Positions 38,216 through 51,238 of a DNA stretch of 64,000 nucleotides are shown here, one piece after another. Origin of the DNA: Schmidtea nova. Its lineage: Eukaryota. The notes beneath the pieces are model-generated. The model was not told the DNA's origin and ran no database searches. It saw only the letters and a program-made list of their open reading frames with translations. The position numbers and the translations under genes are program-made. Position 1 is the stretch's first letter. Every line of letters begins with the position of its first letter. Where the stretch lies: assembly GCA_044892505.1 (NCBI GenBank), contig CM097882.1, positions 258,664,001 through 258,728,000 on the forward strand. Reading direction: 5' to 3'.

Positions 38216-39419
38216 AATGGTCAAAAAATTAAAATCATGAAAAAATCAAAATTTTATACGTAAAATTACAGTCTCAGTAAAAAAGGGTAAAATACATAAA
38301 AACGTGGAAATATTTAAAATAAAAATTTTTAAACTAAATAATTAAATCTAAATAAATTTATGATAATTAAATAAAAAAGTAAATAAATTCTATACGAATT
38401 TCAAAACTCAATAAATAATTCACTCATTATTTTGTATTTAATTTATCAAGTAAAATGGTACATTAAATAAAAAAGTAAATAAATTCTATACAAATTTCAA
38501 AACTCAGTAAATAATTCACTCATTATTTTGTATTGAATTTATCAAGTAAAATGATACATTAAATAAAAGCATGGAAATAATAAGTAAATTAAACTTAGAA
38601 TTTAAAAATAATTTGTACTGGATTTATGAAAAATATCAAAGTAAATAAATTAAAGATAGAATTTTAAAAATAATTATGAATTTAATGATAAATAGAAATA
38701 TAAGTAAATTAAGAATAAAAAAGTAAATTAAGAAAGACGTGAGTTTTAATGTCATAATTTAAAAAAGAATTGCTTTTAAAGGAACTTTTTAAGGTAATAT
38801 TTGAAAAATGTGAGAATAATTAATTATTTTTGAAATTTTTTAAAGTAAAATTTATTAACAATAAGGTCAATGTAGAATTTTTTAGCAATAAAATCAATGA
38901 AAATTTTTTAATTAATATTTTTCATAAGTAAAATTTTTTAACTAATAAATACAAATCTAATTGTTTTTTCAATATGATGTTTTTTAAGGAAATGATCAAA
39001 TGTAGTAAATAAAACACATGTAAATATTGAATTTATTTAGAACAAAAAATAGTTATTAAACAAGAGTTTTTACAATTTTGTATACTAAGTTAAAAAATAT
39101 CAATTAATGACATAAATTTTTAAAAATAAACGTAATAATTNNNNNNNNNNNNNNNNNNNNNNNNNNNNNNNNNNNNNNNNNNNNNNNNNNNNNNNNNNNN
39201 NNNNNNNNNNNNNNNNNNNNNNNNNNNNNNNNNNNNNNNNNNNNNNNNNNNNNNNNNNNNNNNNNNNNNNNNNNNNNNNNNNNNNNNNNNNNNNNNNNNN
39301 NNNNNNNNNNNNNNNNNNNNNNNNNNNNNNNNNNNNNNNNNNNNNNNNNNNNNNNNNNNNNNNNNNNNNNCTAAGTACCAGCAATAAACCGATCAAATAA
39401 CTAATAATCTCATTACACA

Positions 39420-40270
39420 CACAAATCAACCACTGACTAGTAACTGATCAAATGCCAACTGAATCTATCCACAAATCAACAATCGACTAGTTACTTACAA
39501 GTTACCAACTGACTCTATATATTAACCAACTAGGAAATTGTTCCATGTGTCAATCACTTCCTATTGCCTATATATCAAATAATCCAATCCCCTTAGTTAA
39601 CAAATAGTACAATTCCTTACTTACTAACTTTATCTATACTAACCAACTAACTATACATACTAACCAGCAACCAATACCTTACTAACCAACTAGTTTTATA
39701 CATTAACCAACTAACTTTATTCACAAATCACCAACCAACTAACTAACTAACTAACCAGCAATCAATTCCTTACTAACCAACTAGTTCTATACATCAATCA
39801 ACTAACTCTTCACATTAACCAAGTAACTAACTAACTATACATACTAACCAGCAACCACTTCCTTACTAACCAACTAGTTATATACATCAACCAACTAACT
39901 CTTCACATTAACCAAGTAACTAACTAACTATACATACTAACCAGCAACCACTTCCTTACTAACCAACTAGTTCTATACATCAATCAACTAACTCTTCACA
40001 ATAACCAAGTAACTAACTAACTAACTAACCAGCAATCAATTCCTTACTAACCAACTAGTTCTATACATTAACCAACTAACTTTATCTATACTAACCAACC
40101 AACTACACTAACCAACTAACTAGCTATACATACTAATCTCTTACTAACCAACTAGTTCTATTCATTATTCTTGTACCAACCAACCAACTACATTAACCAA
40201 CTAACTAACTAACTAACCAATTCCTTACTTCCCAACTAACTCTTCTCATTAACCAACTAACTATTCATAA
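39420..40270. repeat. ACTA/ACCA-rich low-complexity satellite, mirrored at about 44950-45720
   Basis: Recurrent ACTAACCAACTAGTT with strong C/A strand skew. Confidence 0.9.
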
Positions 40271-43200
40271 ATCAACAACAGACTAGTTAATTATTAAATA
40301 TCAATTGATTCTATCCACAATCTACTAGTTAAAACAACTAATCGGATACCAACTGACTCTATATATTAAACAAATAAATCTTCACTCTAAGGAAATTGTT
40401 CCACGTATCAATTAACTCTTCGCATTAACTAGATATGATATTTAAAACTATCTGATTCTAAATATCGTGTCATAAAATTAAATTTATTACTTTGAATAAT
40501 TTAATTAATCTTTAGTTGATTATCAGTTTTCAAAAAGGTATACTAATATCTACATAGTTAAAATGAAATTTTTTATTAATTAAAGTTATTAAAATTTTGA
40601 ATATATTTAAAATGCAAATGACTTTTAATACAAAGCTCTATTGAAATCATTGTTCATCTATTTTTTCACTTGATAACTAACATGTATAATTAATTTAAAA
40701 ATCATTATAAAAACTCTGTTAACTAGGTAAACATATTAAAATGATAAGTAAGCAACTAATGAAATATTTTTTGATACTTCTTATTACATGTCCAATTAAA
40801 TTCTTCACTCCGATAATTTAAAAGAATAAATAAATAAATATTCAAATAATTCTAAAAATTAATAAAAATTAATTCAAAATTTCAATACAAATATTTATTT
40901 ATTAAACATGCTAAACAGTACTACCAAATGTTTTTGTTATTGGATTCTAGTATCAGATTCTATTATTTCCAATTCACATCAACATTGACGATATGATTTT
41001 CATCAATAGCAATGGATAATAAAATCCAATTGGTTCAAACATGTGTATTTTATCAGGTTTCACATAAACTGCAATCATGAAAATATAATTTGAATCTTTT
41101 ACAGGTAAAAACCATCACAAAAGAGGTTCTGTTACCAAAGGTTCTGCTAGAAAGGTTCTGCTACGTGATAAATTTAATGAAAATGTATCAATAATAGTAT
41201 ATAAGTGAATATACAATATGAATCTTTTTACAGGTAAAAACCATCACAAAAGAGGTTCTGTTACTAAAGGTTCTGCTAGAAAGGTTCTGCTACGTGATAA
41301 ATTTAATGAAAATGTAACAATAATAGTATATAAGTGAATATACAATATGAATCTTTTACAGGTAAAAACCATCACAAAAGAGGTTCTGCTACCAAAGGTT
41401 CTGCTAGAAAGGTTCTGATACTGAATATAATTGTTAATAATGAATTTTACCAAAATATTTATTAATTTTTCATTTTAAATATTTTTAGTGAATTATTAAT
41501 ATTAATATTTTTATTATTAACACGTAATAATTTTGCAACATTAAATCTGTTTCGAATGTTCATTATGAAATTTATAAAAGTTGATATAATAAGAAAAAAT
41601 AATCAATTTATTCACAAAGGGCAAATTATGTTAAACGAAATCTGATTGGTCAATTTAAATTATGAAAACATATATATATAAATTGATTAAAAATTACAGA
41701 TTTCATTAAAAATGTATCAACTTAAAAGTAAGTTTAATTAATTTTGAATGATTATTTTTTAATATTTTTCTCTTGAATCTTCGAACAAAAAGATGTTTAA
41801 ACAAAAAGTAATGAAAATTATTCTTAATGATGTTGTCAAACCTGTTTTGAAAAATTATAGAAACAAATATATGTGAATAAAATTTATTTATCAAATCTTA
41901 TCTTTTCATTTCATTTTATTTTATTTTATTTTATTTTATTTTATTTTTTGTTTTGGTTAATTTAAATTTTTAATAATAATTATTTTTTGTGTTAAATTTA
42001 TTACCAAATATTTAAAATCGATTAGTTTTTTATTAAAATAAAAATAATTAATTTTTTATTTTATTTTATTTTTTGTTTTGGTTAATTTTAATTTTTAATA
42101 ACAATTATTTTTTGTGTTAAATTTATTACCAAATATTTAAAATCGATTAGTTTTTTATTAAAATAAAAATAATTAATTTTATTATCATAATTATTCTAAA
42201 TTGATTTTGTTTTAATAATTGATTATACGTTTAAAATTAAAATTCAAAATAATTTTCTTTAATATTTTCCCGGCAACAATAATTAATTCGGAATTTGATA
42301 TATATTCGAATATATATCAAATTCCGAATTAATTATTGTTGCCGGGAAAATATTAAAGAAAATTATTTTGAATTTTAATTTTAAACGTATAATCAATTAA
42401 TAAAACAAAATCAATTTAGAATAATTATGATAATAAAATTAATTATTTTTATTTTAATAAAAAACTAATCGATTTTAAATATTTGGTAATAAATTTAACA
42501 CAAAAAATAATTGTTATTAAAAATTTAAATTAACCAAAACAAAAAATTAAATAAAATAAAAAATTAATTATTTTTATTTAATAAAAAAAAACTAATCAAT
42601 TTTAAATAATTGGTAATAAATTTAACACAAAAAATAATTGTTATTAAAAATTAAAATTAACCAAAACAAAAAATAAAATAAAATAAAAAATTAATTATTT
42701 TTATTTTAATAAAAATCTAATCGATTTTAAATATTTGGTAATAAATTTAACACAAAAAAATAATTGTTATTAAAAATTAAAATTAACCAAAACAAAAAAT
42801 AAAATAAAATAAAAAATTAATTATTTTTATTTTAATAAAAAACTAATCGATTTTAAATATTTGGTAATAAATTTAACACAAAAAATAATTATTATTAAAA
42901 ATTTAAATTAACCAAAACAAAAAATAAAATAAAATAAAATAAAATGAAATGAAAAGATAAGATTTGATAAATAAATTTTATTCACATATATTTGTTTCTA
43001 TAATTTTTCAAAACAGGTTTGACAACATCATTAAGAATAATTTTCATTACTTCTTGTTTAAACATCTTTTTGTTCGAAGATTCAAGAGAAAAATATTAAA
43101 AAATAATCATTCAAAATTAATTAAACTTACTTTTAAGTTGATACATTTTTAATGAAATCTGTAATTTTTAATCAATTTATATATATATGATTTCATAATT

Positions 43201-43439
43201 TAAATTTGACCAATCAGATTTCGTTTAACATAATTTGCCCTTTGTTAATAAATTGATTATTTTTTCTTATTATATCAACTTTTATAAATTTCATAATGAA
43301 CATTCGAAACAGATTTAATGTTGCAAAATTATTACGTGTTAATAATAAAAATATTAATATTAATAATTCACTGAAAATATTTAAAATGAAAAATTAATAA
43401 ATATTTTGGTAAAATTCATTATTAACAATTATATTCAGT

Positions 43440-44150
43440 ATCAGAACCTTTCTAGCAGAACCTTTGGTAGCAGAACCTCTTTTGTGATGGTTTTTACCTG
43501 TAAAAGATTTATATTGTATATTCACTTATATACTATTATTGTTACATTTTCATTAAATTTATCACGTAGCAGAACCTTTCTAGCAGAACCTTTGGTAGCA
43601 GAACCTCTTTTGTGATGGTTTTTACCTGTAAAAGATTCATATTGTATATTCACTTATATACTATTATTGTTACATTTTCATTAAATTTATCACGTAGCAG
43701 AACTTTTCTAGCAGAACCTTTGGTAGCAGAACCTCTTTTGTGATGGTTTTTACCTGTAAAAGATTTATATTGTATATTCACTTATATACTATTATTGTTA
43801 CATTTTCATTAAATTTATCACGTAGCAGAACCTTTCTAGCAGAACCTTTGGTAGCAGAACCTCTTTTGTGATGGTTTTTACCTGTAAAAGATTCATATTG
43901 TATATTCACTTATATACTATTATTGTTACATTTTCATTAAATTTATCACGTAGCAGAACTTTTCTAGCAGAACCTTTGGTAGCAGAACCTCTTTTGTGAT
44001 GGTTTTTACCTGTAAAAGATTCATATTGTATATTCACTTATATACTATTATTGATACATTTTCATTAAATTTATCACGTAGCAGAAACTTTCTAGCAGAA
44101 CCTTTGGTAACAGAACCTCTTTTGTGATGGTTTTTACCTGTAAAAGATTC
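43440..44150. repeat. 128-bp tandem unit, about 5.5 copies (about 2.5 copies at 41095-41420)
   Basis: GCAGAACCTT..TAGCAGAACCTTTGG recurs at 128-bp spacing. Confidence 0.9.
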
Positions 44151-47100
44151 AAATTATATTTTCATGATTGCAGTTTATGTGAAACCTGATAAAATACACA
44201 TGTTTGAACCAATTGGATTTTATTATCCATTGCTATTGATGAAAATCATATCGTCAATGTTGATGTGAATTGGAAATAATAGAATCTGATACTAGAATCC
44301 AATAACAAAAACATTTGGTAGTACTGTTTAGCATGTTTAATAAATAAATATTTGTATTGAAATTTTGAATTAATTTTTATTAATTTTTAGAATTATTTGA
44401 ATATTTATTTATTTATTCTTTTAAATTATCGGAGTGAAGAATTTAATTGGACATGTAATAAGAAGTATCAAAAAATATTTCATTAGTTGCTTACTTATCA
44501 TTTTAATATGTTTACCTAGTTAACAGAGTTTTTATAATGATTTTTAAATTAATTATACATGTTAGTTATCAAGTGAAAAAATAGATGAACAATGATTTCA
44601 ATAGAGCTTTGTATTAAAAGTCATTTGCATTTTAAATATATTCAAAATTTTAATAACTTTAATTAATAAAAAATTTCATTTTAACTATGTAGATATTAGT
44701 ATACCTTTTTGAAAACTGATAATCAACTAAAGATTAATTAAATTATTCAAAGTAATAAATTTAATTTTATGACACGATATTTAGAATCAGATAGTTTTAA
44801 ATATCATATCTAGTTAATGCGAAGAGTTAATTGATACGTGGAACAATTTCCTTAGAGTGAAGATTTATTTGTTTAATATATAGAGTCAGTTGGTATCCGA
44901 TTAGTTGATTTAACTAGTAGATTGTGGATAGAATCAATTGATATTTAATAATTAACTAGTCTGTTGTTGATTTATGAATAGTTAGTTGGTTAATGAGAAG
45001 AGTTAGTTGGGAAGTAAGGAATTGGTTAGTTAGTTAGTTAGTTGGTTAATGTAGTTGGTTGGTTGGTACAAGAATAATGAATAGAACTAGTTGGTTAGTA
45101 AGAGATTAGTATGTATAGCTAGTTAGTTGGTTAGTGTAGTTGGTTGGTTAGTATAGATAAAGTTAGTTGGTTAATGTATAGAACTAGTTGGTTAGTAAGG
45201 AATTGATTGCTGGTTAGTTAGTTAGTTAGTTACTTGGTTAATGTGAAGAGTTAGTTGGTTGATGTATATAACTAGTTGGTTAGTAAGGAAGTGGTTGCTG
45301 GTTAGTATGTATAGTTAGTTAGTTACTTGGTTAATGTGAAGAGTTAGTTGATTGATGTATAGAACTAGTTGGTTAGTAAGGAATTGATTGCTGGTTAGTT
45401 AGTTAGTTAGTTGGTTGGTGATTTGTGAATAAAGTTAGTTGGTTAATGTATAAAACTAGTTGGTTAGTAAGGTATTGGTTGCTGGTTAGTATGTATAGTT
45501 AGTTGGTTAGTATAGATAAAGTTAGGAAGTAAGGAATTGTACTATTTGTTAATTAAGGGGATTGGATTATTTGATATATAGGCAATAGGAAGTGATTGAC
45601 ACATGGAACAATTTCCTAGTTGGTTAATATATAGAGTCAGTTGGTAACTTGTAAGTAACTAGTCGATTGTTGATTTGTGGATAGAGTCAGTTGGCATTTG
45701 ATCAGATACTAGTCAGTGGTTGATTTGTGTGTGTAATGAGATTATTAGTTATTTGATCGGTTTATTGCTGGTACTTAGNNNNNNNNNNNNNNNNNNNNNN
45801 NNNNNNNNNNNNNNNNNNNNNNNNNNNNNNNNNNNNNNNNNNNNNNNNNNNNNNNNNNNNNNNNNNNNNNNNNNNNNNNNNNNNNNNNNNNNNNNNNNNN
45901 NNNNNNNNNNNNNNNNNNNNNNNNNNNNNNAATTATTACGTTTATTTTTAAAAATTTATGTCATTAATTGATATTTTTTAACTTAGTATACAAAATTGTA
46001 AAAACTCTTGTTTAATAACTATTTTTTGTTCTAAATAAATTCAATATTTACATGTGTTTTATTTACTACATTTGATCATTTCCTTAAAAAACATCATATT
46101 GAAAAAACAATTAGATTTGTATTTATTAGTTAAAAAATTTTACTTATGAAAAATATTAATTAAAAAATTTTCATTGATTTTATTGCTAAAAAATTCTACA
46201 TTGACCTTATTGTTAATAAATTTTACTTTAAAAAATTTCAAAAATAATTAATTATTCTCACATTTTTCAAATATTACCTTAAAAAGTTCCTTTAAAAGCA
46301 ATTCTTTTTTAAATTATGACATTAAAACTCACGTCTTTCTTAATTTACTTTTTTATTCTTAATTTACTTATATTTCTATTTATCATTAAATTCATAATTA
46401 TTTTTAAAATTCTATCTTTAATTTATTTACTTTGATATTTTTCATAAATCCAGTACAAATTATTTTTAAATTCTAAGTTTAATTTACTTATTATTTCCAT
46501 GCTTTTATTTAATGTATCATTTTACTTGATAAATTCAATACAAAATAATGAGTGAATTATTTACTGAGTTTTGAAATTCGTATAGAATTTATTTACTTTT
46601 TTATTTAATGTACCATTTTACTTGATAAATTAAATACAAAATAATGAGTGAATTATTTATTGAGTTTTGAAATTCGTATAGAATTTATTTACTTTTTTAT
46701 TTAATTATCATAAATTTATTTAGATTTAATTATTTAGTTTAAAAATTTTTATTTTAAATATTTCCACGTTTTTATGTATTTTACCCTTTTTTACTGAGAC
46801 TGTAATTTTTCGTATAAAATTTTGATTTTTTCATGATTTTAATTTTTTGACCATTATTGTTTGCCTTTCAATTCTCAGTAGATTGGTATAAAAATTATTG
46901 AATTCTGACAACTTTTTAATTTTTGGAAATTCCCCGAGTTGACCCTTTTTACGTGTAAAAATTGGGTCGGAAAAGTCAAAATTTTCATGTTTTTACTTTT
47001 TGACCCTTTTTTGTTCGCCATTTAATTCTCAGTAGATTGGTATAAAAATTATTTGATTCTGAGCATTTTTGATTTTTGGAATTTCCCCGAGTTGACCATT

Positions 47101-49328
47101 TTTACATGTAAAAATTGGGTCGGAAAAGTCAAAATTTTCATGTTTATACTTTTTGAACCTTTTTTTTCGCCATTCGATTCTCAGTAGATTGGTATAAAAA
47201 TTATTTGATTCTGAGCATTTTTGATTTTTGGAATTTCCCCGAGTTGACCATTTTTACGTGTAAAAATTGGGTAGGAAAAGTCAAAATTTTCATGTTTTTA
47301 CTTTTTGAACCTTTTTTGTTCGCCATTCGATTCTCAGTAGATTGGTATAAAAATTATTTGATTCTGACCACTTTTTAATTTTCTCTGACCAAAATATTAT
47401 TTCAAAATCAAAATCAAGATCAAAAATCATATTCAAAATTACCAGAGTCCCTTTTTGCCTGAGAAAAATCTCGGAGTAGAAAATCATATACAAAATAACC
47501 AGACTAAAAACACTACAAAATATCAGATCAAAATATTGTATTCAAAAATCTAGATCAAAAATTCATGTACAAAAAACCCAGAGTCCCTTTTTGCCCGATA
47601 AAAATCTCGGAGTTGAAAATCCTATTCAAAATAATTTCTAACTATTTTACTAGTTTTAAAATTTACACGTGTTTTTTATTTACCAATAAAATTTCAGTTC
47701 AAAATTACCAGAGTCTATTTTTTGCCCGAGAAAATATCTGGGAGTAGAAAATCATATACAAAATACTTTAATGATAATTTACTTATTTAAAAAATTTACA
47801 CGTGTTTTTTATTTACCATTAAAATTTCAGTTCAAAATTATCAGAGTCCCTTTTTGCCTGAGAAAAATATGGGAGTTGAAAATCCTATTCAAAATAATAG
47901 GACTAAAAATCCTATACAAAAAATACCAGACCAAAAATTCATGTATAAAAATTCCATGTACAAAAAACCCAGAGTCCCTTTTTGCCCTAGAAAATTACGG
48001 AGTAGAAAATCCTATACAAAATAACCAGACTAAAAACACTACAAAATATCAGACCAAAATATTGTATTCAAAAAATCCAGATCAAAAATACTATTCAAAA
48101 ATTCCCTGTACAAAAACCCAGAGTCTCTTTTTGCCCTAGAAAATTGTGGGAATTGAAAATCATATTGAAAATAATTTCAATGTATTTTACTAGTTTAAAA
48201 AATTTACACGTGTTTTTTATTTACCAATAAAATTTCAGTTCAAAATTACCAGAGTCTATTTTTGCCCGAGAAAAATCTCGGAGTAGAAAATCCTATACAA
48301 AATACTTTAATGATAATTTACTTGTTAAAAAAAAAAATTTACACGTGTTTATTATTTACCATTAAAATTTCAGTTCAAAATTATCAGAGTCCCTTTTTGC
48401 CTGAGAAAAATATGGGAGTTGAAAATCCTATTCAAAATAATAGGACTAAAAATCCTATACAAAAAATACCAGACCAAATATTCATGTATAAAAATTCCAT
48501 GTACAAAAAATCCAGAGTCCCTTTTTGCCCGAGAAAATCTCGGAGTTGAAAATCCTATACAAAATAATAGGACTAAAAATCTTATACAAAAATATTGTAT
48601 TCAAAAATCCAGATCAAAAATTCTTGTACAAAAACCCCAGAGTCCCTTTTTGCTCTAGAAAATCTCGGAGTAGAAATTCCTATTCAAAACAGCCAGAGTA
48701 AAAATCCTATACAAAATAACCAGAGTAAAAATCCTTTACAAAAATAAATTAATTAAAAATAAATAAATTAAAATTAATAAAAATAAATAAATTAATAAAA
48801 ATTAATAAAAATAAATTAATAAAAATAAATTATTAAAAATAAATTATTAAAAATAAATTATTAAAAATAAATTAAAATAAATTAAAATAAATAAATTAAT
48901 AATTAATATAAATTAATATAAATTAATAAAAATTAATAAAAATAAATTAATAAAAATAAATTATTAAAAATAAATTATTAAAAATAAATTATTANNNNNN
49001 NNNNNNNNNNNNNNNNNNNNNNNNNNNNNNNNNNNNNNNNNNNNNNNNNNNNNNNNNNNNNNNNNNNNNNNNNNNNNNNNNNNNNNNNNNNNNNNNNNNN
49101 NNNNNNNNNNNNNNNNNNNNNNNNNNNNNNNNNNNNNNNNNNNNNNNNNNNNNNNNAAAATAATAAAATTAAATTGACTTCATTTAAACAAAAAATTTAA
49201 ATTTAAAAATTCACTTCATTGAAACAAAATTAAAAATTAAAAAAAAAATTTTTTGGGGGGTGGGTAAAAAAAAATTTTTAGGGGGGAGGGGGTCTGTTCC
49301 TGTTCTTGGGCGCTCCCCCTACTCTACT

Positions 49329-49483
49329 AAAGTTTGAATGAACTCGATATTGATGTGGCCGTGTCATGTGGCAATCATGATTTTGCCTTCGTAGTTGTCA
49401 AGTTAATGCAATGTGTGGACAAAATAAGTTTCCAATGGTTGAATAGTGATATCTTTAATATCTTAGCTCGATTAAAACAATAA
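49329..49483 (+). pseudogene. 5'-nucleotidase/metallophosphoesterase pseudogene, right part
   Basis: The joined empty site reads HVQESLNELDIDVAVSCGNHDFAF...QWLNSDI, including the GNHD motif. Confidence 0.85.
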
Positions 49484-50608
49484 CAATAATATTAATAATA
49501 ATAAAACTCAAAAAAGTATCAAAAGTTAGAAATAAAGTTATCATGACTCAAAAATAATAAAACACAATTCAGAAAAAAATTGAACAAATCAAAAATAAAC
49601 TTTTAAATTAACACATACGAAAACAAATCATTGTACTAAATAAACATTTATCATAAACACATATATAACACAATTCTAAGCTGTTGATTTTTGGAATATG
49701 TGACATGACATTTTTGAGATCAATTTTGTATCCTTGGATTATTATATGAATAGACCAATTTTCATTATCCATAAATTCAACGGATTGAAATGCATCATGA
49801 AAATAGGTTTTACGATTGTGGATAAATATTGTTTCATTGCATGATAAATTTTCATCAACATTTTATTGATTGCAACAAAATCGCAAAATTGCAACACTAA
49901 AAAGCTAATCGACAAATGTTTTGAAATTTATCATACAAAAATAAACTTTTGAATAAAACACTTTTATTTTTTTAAAAACTTTCTTTTAAAAAATCCCGTC
50001 CTTAAAGGGTTAATAGTAATTTAGATATATCGTGCTTGTCTCTTCCTTGTCCTCGTAAGTTATTTGGTAGCTAAGTCACTGGTCACCAATAGTATTTAAC
50101 TATTAATTGAAAAATCATTGCCGAAAATTCTTTTCGAAAAAAAAATTTTTGATCTATTTTCTATAAAAAAATGAAAAAACGAACGTAATTAAATATTTCC
50201 GGACTCAAAAAGTTTAGTTAAAACAGCAAATGAAATAATTTCCAATTATTAAACAATTAAAATATTTTATTAATTTTAAATTCTCTTTCATCATTGCAGA
50301 AAAATAAAAGATTTTTCTATCTGGAAAACTATATATTATCGAGGCAAACAATTGAAATTTGAAACATTTTTTATCAAATTTTCTTTCTCAATAACTATTT
50401 AATATTTTTAATATTATTATAATATTATAAATGTACTACTTGTATTTTGTAAGTAGTGTAAAACATTGAAAAGAATATATAAATACAAAATGATTTTTAT
50501 TCAGAAATAATGGAAATCTCAATGAAGACTGGACTAAACAAAACCATTTACAAAGCAAAATGAGCTCTAGCAAACTATAAATCGTACAAATTATACACAA
50601 GTCACAAT

Positions 50609-50881
50609 TCAACGAATGTTTTCATCCCTTTCTTCTTCTATTGAAGAATGCGTATTTACGGACATGGATTTGATTTTGAATAATTTCGGTTTTTGTTTTA
50701 ATGATGTGTTCGATTTCGATATGTCACTCGATTGTTCTTGATTTTTTTTCAACATTGACAGCTGAAATTGGTACCATTCTTTGTTTGACTCTAGTGTCTC
50801 GAGCATTTCTTGAGCATTAGGGTACACCAGTTCGGCCCAGGTTGACCACAAAGGTCGCACAATAAAATCAATAAAACTAAC
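50609..50881 (-). CDS. PDE4: PDE4 last coding exon
   Basis: [37 protein letters not shown]; acceptor AG at 50882-50883; stop at 50609. Confidence 0.95.
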   Translation of the reverse strand, partial: VSFIDFIVRPLWSTWAELVYPNAQEMLETLESNKEWYQFQLSMLKKNQEQSSDISKSNTSLKQKPKLFKIKSMSVNTHSSIEEERDENIR

Positions 50882-50932
50882 CTAAAGTAGAGGCAATATT
50901 AAAAAAGTTTGCTTTACATTTGTATTTTTTAC

Positions 50933-51238
50933 TTGAGATTTTTCAATCGAAGCAGTTGCTCTGTCACACATCGGACTGATCTCAACTTTTGAGTCTCTTT
51001 CTTTGTCGCCTTGCCGAAAGAATTCTTCCATAATTCTTTGAGTCCACTCTTGATACAATGACAACGGTTTCGTTGGGTTGCTGAGATCAGCACAGTGAAC
51101 CATATTTTGTAAAATTAGCAATCGATCGGAATAGCCTTCGAAATTCAATACTCCTGATCCGGATAATTTTTTCCCTTCTACCATTTGTTTAAGTTCAGAC
51201 AACAATGACATGTGCTTTGACATATCAGTGGCAAGCAC
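50933..51238 (-). CDS. PDE4: PDE4 exon
   Basis: [40 protein letters not shown]; GT-AG intron 50882-50932 (51 nt). Confidence 0.97.

Larger units (their letters stand above)
36383..49328. mobile_element. ~12.9-kb non-coding palindromic (foldback) element with Polinton/Maverick-type termini
   Basis: Ends AGTAGAGTAGGGGGAGCGCCCAAGAACAGGAACAGACC and its exact reverse complement; 6-bp TSD AAAGTT (36377-36382, 49329-49334); symmetry axis at 42307/42308. Confidence 0.85.

Noticed and set aside
41244-43615. Mirrored ORFs (MINKFYSHIF..., MVKFIINNY...) and other ORFs inside the palindrome
   Set aside because: Short, low-complexity, duplicated only by symmetry, with no recognisable motifs.
36383-49328. 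Palindrome as a pure assembly or MDA chimera
   Set aside because: Not adopted: the TSD and restored reading frame tie both ends to one site, and the arms differ by substitutions. The apex itself still needs long-read confirmation.
49680-50017. piggyBac-like end AAAGGGTTAA
   Set aside because: No matching left TIR or convincing transposase residues.
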